This document shows, piece by piece, positions 15,949-18,714 of a stretch of 18,714 bases of DNA. Origin of the DNA: Armatimonadota bacterium (GTDB lineage Bacteria; Armatimonadota; SYMT01); the NCBI GenBank assembly GCA_046292385.1, contig JBKBRF010000077.1, positions 1 through 18,714 on the forward strand, written 5' to 3'. The number at the start of each line of letters is the position of its first letter. The first letter of the stretch is position 1. The position numbers were made by a program, and so were the translations under genes. The notes below the pieces were generated by a model that was given only the letters and a program-made list of their open reading frames with translations, ran no database searches and had not been told where the DNA came from.

Positions 15949-16659
15949 ATGGCGGAGACGTTGGTCGCGGTGTACGATACGCACGCCCGCGCCGTCGAGG
16001 GGGTGCAGGAGCTTCGCCGGCGCGGCGTCGATCCGGAGCAGATCAGCATCTTCGCGCCGGACCCGCGTGAGCTGGAAGGCTTCGGAGACGAGATCGGCGT
16101 GCGGGTGGTGGAAGCGGGCGCGACCGGCATCCTGGCCGGGGGCGTGCTGGGCGGCGCCGCGGGGTGGCTGCTGGGAGCCACCGGCCTCCTGGTGCCGGGC
16201 GCCGGCCTGATCATCGCCGCCGGCCCGCTGGTGGGCGCCGTCGTGGGCGCTGTCGGCGGGGCGACCGTGGGCGGGTTCGTCGGTATTCTGGTCGGCATGG
16301 GGCTGCCGTCCCACGCCGCCGAGGAGTACACGCGCCAGCTGCAATCCGGCCGGACCCTCGTCTTCGTCCATCCGAATGGCGACCCTACCGGAGTGGAGGC
16401 CGCCCTCGCGAAGGCGCACCCGATTGGGCTGCATCACTACGACGAGCGGCTCGGCACGGAGCTGGCCCAGGGCGCCCCCTCGACGATCTCCCACGCCGCG
16501 CTGCGGAACCCGACGGAGCACGTGGAGCCGGCACAGCCGGACGCCAGCCTCTCGCCGGCCGACGTGAGCGCTTCGATCGAGGGGCAGCGCGTGATGGGCC
16601 ATACCCAGTACCTCGACGAGGCAGACCTGCACCCGACCGGCGGCAAGAAGGATGTCTGA
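15949..16659 (+). CDS. General stress protein (YflT/17M-like, glycine-zipper membrane region)
   Basis: N-terminal LVAVYD..A..GV.EL...G..ISI, Gly/Ala zipper GGVLGGAAG..AAGPLVGAVVGA, GMGLP...A..Y...L..G. GGAGG RBS. Confidence 0.85.
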   Translation: MAETLVAVYDTHARAVEGVQELRRRGVDPEQISIFAPDPRELEGFGDEIGVRVVEAGATGILAGGVLGGAAGWLLGATGLLVPGAGLIIAAGPLVGAVVGAVGGATVGGFVGILVGMGLPSHAAEEYTRQLQSGRTLVFVHPNGDPTGVEAALAKAHPIGLHHYDERLGTELAQGAPSTISHAALRNPTEHVEPAQPDASLSPADVSASIEGQRVMGHTQYLDEADLHPTGGKKDV

Positions 16660-16756
16660 AGGGATCGCCGCCGCAGCGTGGTAATAGTCCCTTCGGGGCC
16701 GGAACTCCCCCGCACTGCGGCGGGGTGATCGTACGACCGGTCCCGGAGGGATTTCC

Positions 16757-17734
16757 GTGCGAACTGTCCTGAAACTCGGTCTCCGCGGCCTCTGCCTCGC
16801 CGGAGCGCTCACCAGCGCCGCCGCCTGCCTGGCGCAGGGTGGGGGAGACGCCGGCATCGTGCTGATTGCCGCGCCGGAGCTGAACCGCATCGTCCCGGCG
16901 AGCGCGCGCGTCGAAAAGGTCGCGAGCGGCTTCACCTTCACCGAAGGGCCGGTCTGGCGGGGCGGCACGCTGCTCTTCAGCGACATCCCGAACAACGTCA
17001 TCCAGCAGTACGACCCCGCCACCGGCCGCGTCACGCCGTACCGCCAGCCGTCCGGCAACACCAACGGCAGCACGCTCGACTCGCGCGGTCGCCTGATCTG
17101 CTGCGAGCATTCCGGCCGGCGGGTCTCCCGCCAGGAAGCGGACGGCTCCTACACCACGCTGGTGGACCAGTACGAGGGCAAGCGTCTCAACAGTCCCAAC
17201 GACGTGGTGATCAAACGGAACGGCGCGCTCTACTTCACCGACCCGCCGTACGGCCTTGGGCGGCAGGACGAGGACCCGAACAAGGAGCTGCCGCACAACG
17301 GCGTCTACCGGCTCCACAACGGAAAGCTCACGCTGCTGACGACCGAGCTGACCCGGCCCAACGGACTGGCCTTCTCGCCCGACGAGAAGTTCCTTTACGT
17401 CGCGAACTCCGATTCCGCCCGAAAGATCTGGATGCGCTACCCGGTGCGACGCGACGGCACCCTCGGCCCCGGCACCGTCTTCGCGGACGTCACTTCGAAC
17501 ACCGAGGATGGTGCCCCGGACGGGATGAAGGTCGACCGCGAAGGAAACGTCTTCGCCACCGGCCCGGGCGGCGTCTGGATCTTCAGCCCGGAGGGCAAGC
17601 ACCTCGGCACGATCAAGCCGGCGGAAGTCCCCGCCAACTGCGGCTGGGGCGGCGCGGACGGCCAGACGCTCTACATGACGGCGCGCTCCGGTCTCTACCG
17701 CATCCGCACCGGCACCGGGGGCGAGCTGCCGTAG
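16757..17734 (+). CDS. Secreted SMP-30/gluconolactonase/LRE-family protein
   Basis: Motifs FTEGPVW, FSDIP, NSPND, FTDPPYG, PNGLAFSPD, PDGMKVD. Signal peptide, GGAGG RBS before GTG. Confidence 0.95.
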   Translation: MRTVLKLGLRGLCLAGALTSAAACLAQGGGDAGIVLIAAPELNRIVPASARVEKVASGFTFTEGPVWRGGTLLFSDIPNNVIQQYDPATGRVTPYRQPSGNTNGSTLDSRGRLICCEHSGRRVSRQEADGSYTTLVDQYEGKRLNSPNDVVIKRNGALYFTDPPYGLGRQDEDPNKELPHNGVYRLHNGKLTLLTTELTRPNGLAFSPDEKFLYVANSDSARKIWMRYPVRRDGTLGPGTVFADVTSNTEDGAPDGMKVDREGNVFATGPGGVWIFSPEGKHLGTIKPAEVPANCGWGGADGQTLYMTARSGLYRIRTGTGGELP

Positions 17735-17755
17735 GGGAGTCTGCCGAACTTTTAC

Positions 17756-18059
17756 TCACCACAGAGCACACAGAGCACACAGAGAGGAACCAGGGGGACG
17801 GGCCTGGTCCGCCTTGCGATGCCCTGCTGCGGCCACGGTCCGGACCGGGTTTCACCGCAGAGACCGCTGAGGGCGCAGAGGGAACGCAGAGAGGGGAACC
17901 AGAGAAGTTTAGGCCTGCACCACCTGCCGAGTACCGTTCAGCGGCCTCGGAGGCTTATCTCTTCTGGTCCCTCTTTGCGTCCTTTGCGCTCTTGGCGGTG
18001 AGTCCGGTTCGGATCCCGGTTCGGTTTCCCCAGTGCGCTCTGTGTTCTCTGTGGTGGAT
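17756..18059. repeat. Nested inverted 9-mer repeat tracts forming a ~300-nt imperfect palindrome (MITE/REP-like)
   Basis: Outer arms TCACCACAGAGCACACAGAGCACACAGAG / GTGCGCTCTGTGTTCTCTGTGGTGGA. Inner arms 17839-17907 / 17956-18013. Confidence 0.8.
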
Positions 18060-18066
18060 TCAAGTG

Positions 18067-18513
18067 ATGGTACGTAACTTTCGTTTCGAAGAAGAGGGTC
18101 GGATCGCGCGGTCGGCGTTCCCGGAGTCGGAGGAGGCGGTCGACTGGCTGTACGACCAGGGAATCCGGACGGTCGTCTCGCTGCACCCGATCCCGGAGGC
18201 GGCGCAGGCGCGGCTGCGGGAGCGGGGGATGGAGTGGCGGCCGTTCCTGCTGACCGACTTCTCCGAGGAGCTGCCTGCCGGGCTGACCCTGCTCCTGGAC
18301 GAGATCGCCCGCCGCGCGGACGAGGCGCCCGCGGTCCTGCTGCACTGCCAGGGCGGCGGCGGCCGCGCCGGCACCTTCTACGCGGCCTATCGGATCCGGC
18401 AGGGCACGCCGGTCGAGGAGGCGATCGCCACCACCACCGGCGTCGAGCGGGAGCCGCAGAAGGCGTTCCTCCGCGGCTTCGCCGCCGGGATGCAGTCGGG
18501 AACGGATAGATAG
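18067..18513 (+). CDS. Small dual-specificity/protein-tyrosine phosphatase-family protein
   Basis: GIRTVVSL, D-loop (LTDF), P-loop HCQGGGGR (CX5R). ATG 18067 or GTG 18064. Confidence 0.88.
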   Translation: MVRNFRFEEEGRIARSAFPESEEAVDWLYDQGIRTVVSLHPIPEAAQARLRERGMEWRPFLLTDFSEELPAGLTLLLDEIARRADEAPAVLLHCQGGGGRAGTFYAAYRIRQGTPVEEAIATTTGVEREPQKAFLRGFAAGMQSGTDR

Positions 18514-18595
18514 CGAGATAGAGGGACGGAGTGAAGGAGAGACGGAGAGAGCCGCCGGCGAGTAGCTGGCAGCGCACGCACAGAGTCTGTCCCTC

Positions 18596-18714
18596 TGGAG
18601 TTACCCCCTGAGAGCGGACAGGCAATACCCCTCATTTCGACCAACGGGTCGGAGGGAGGTTGCTATGGCTCGCAGGTTCTCAGCCGCGTTCAAGTTCGAA
18701 ATCGTGCGGCAACT
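18596..18714 (+). mobile_element. Left end of an IS3-family insertion sequence, truncated by the window edge
   Basis: TG-starting IRL-like TGGAGTTACCCCCTGAGAGCGGACA, followed by a GGAGG RBS and an OrfA-like start. Confidence 0.7.
18665..18714 (+). CDS. IS3-family transposase OrfA N-terminus (partial)
   Basis: MARRFSAAFKFEIVRQL fits the HTH_Tnp_1 start pattern RRxFSxxFKxxxV. Not in the ORF track because it runs off the window. Confidence 0.7.
   Translation, partial: MARRFSAAFKFEIVRQ

Noticed and set aside
15459..18059. CRISPR array
   Set aside because: Repeats are 6-9-nt tandem units without unique spacers, and there are no cas genes.
17992..18066. N-terminal extension of the phosphatase ORF
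   Set aside because: It is a translation of the repeat arm and not part of the phosphatase domain.

Overview
High-GC bacterial DNA, possibly Armatimonadota-like (impression only), in two parts. Left (1-~5290) is an accessory region abutting the 3' end of a minus-strand tRNA-Ser(CGA). It holds three ankyrin-repeat genes (one fused to a kelch-like domain, one probably decayed), a two-TM membrane protein, a frameshifted gene relic and a conserved hypothetical. A 4.3-kb block of it is bracketed by an inverted pair of REP-like elements, and three GTTAGCA repeats at 11-bp spacing beside the tRNA look like integrase arm sites. Right (5290-18595) is housekeeping-type sequence: glpQ-like phosphodiesterase, parvulin PPIase, DUF2993-like lipoprotein, an 807-aa GH129/DUF5696-like protein, a HIT / family-4 UDG / M42 peptidase cluster, psd-pssA, a general stress protein, an SMP-30 gluconolactonase and a CX5R phosphatase. 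Several spacers there are filled with inverted 7-9-mer simple-repeat tracts, and a TCCGAACC hairpin motif recurs at their edges. The window ends in the left end of an IS3-family element. All calls come from reading motifs by eye; no database searches were run.
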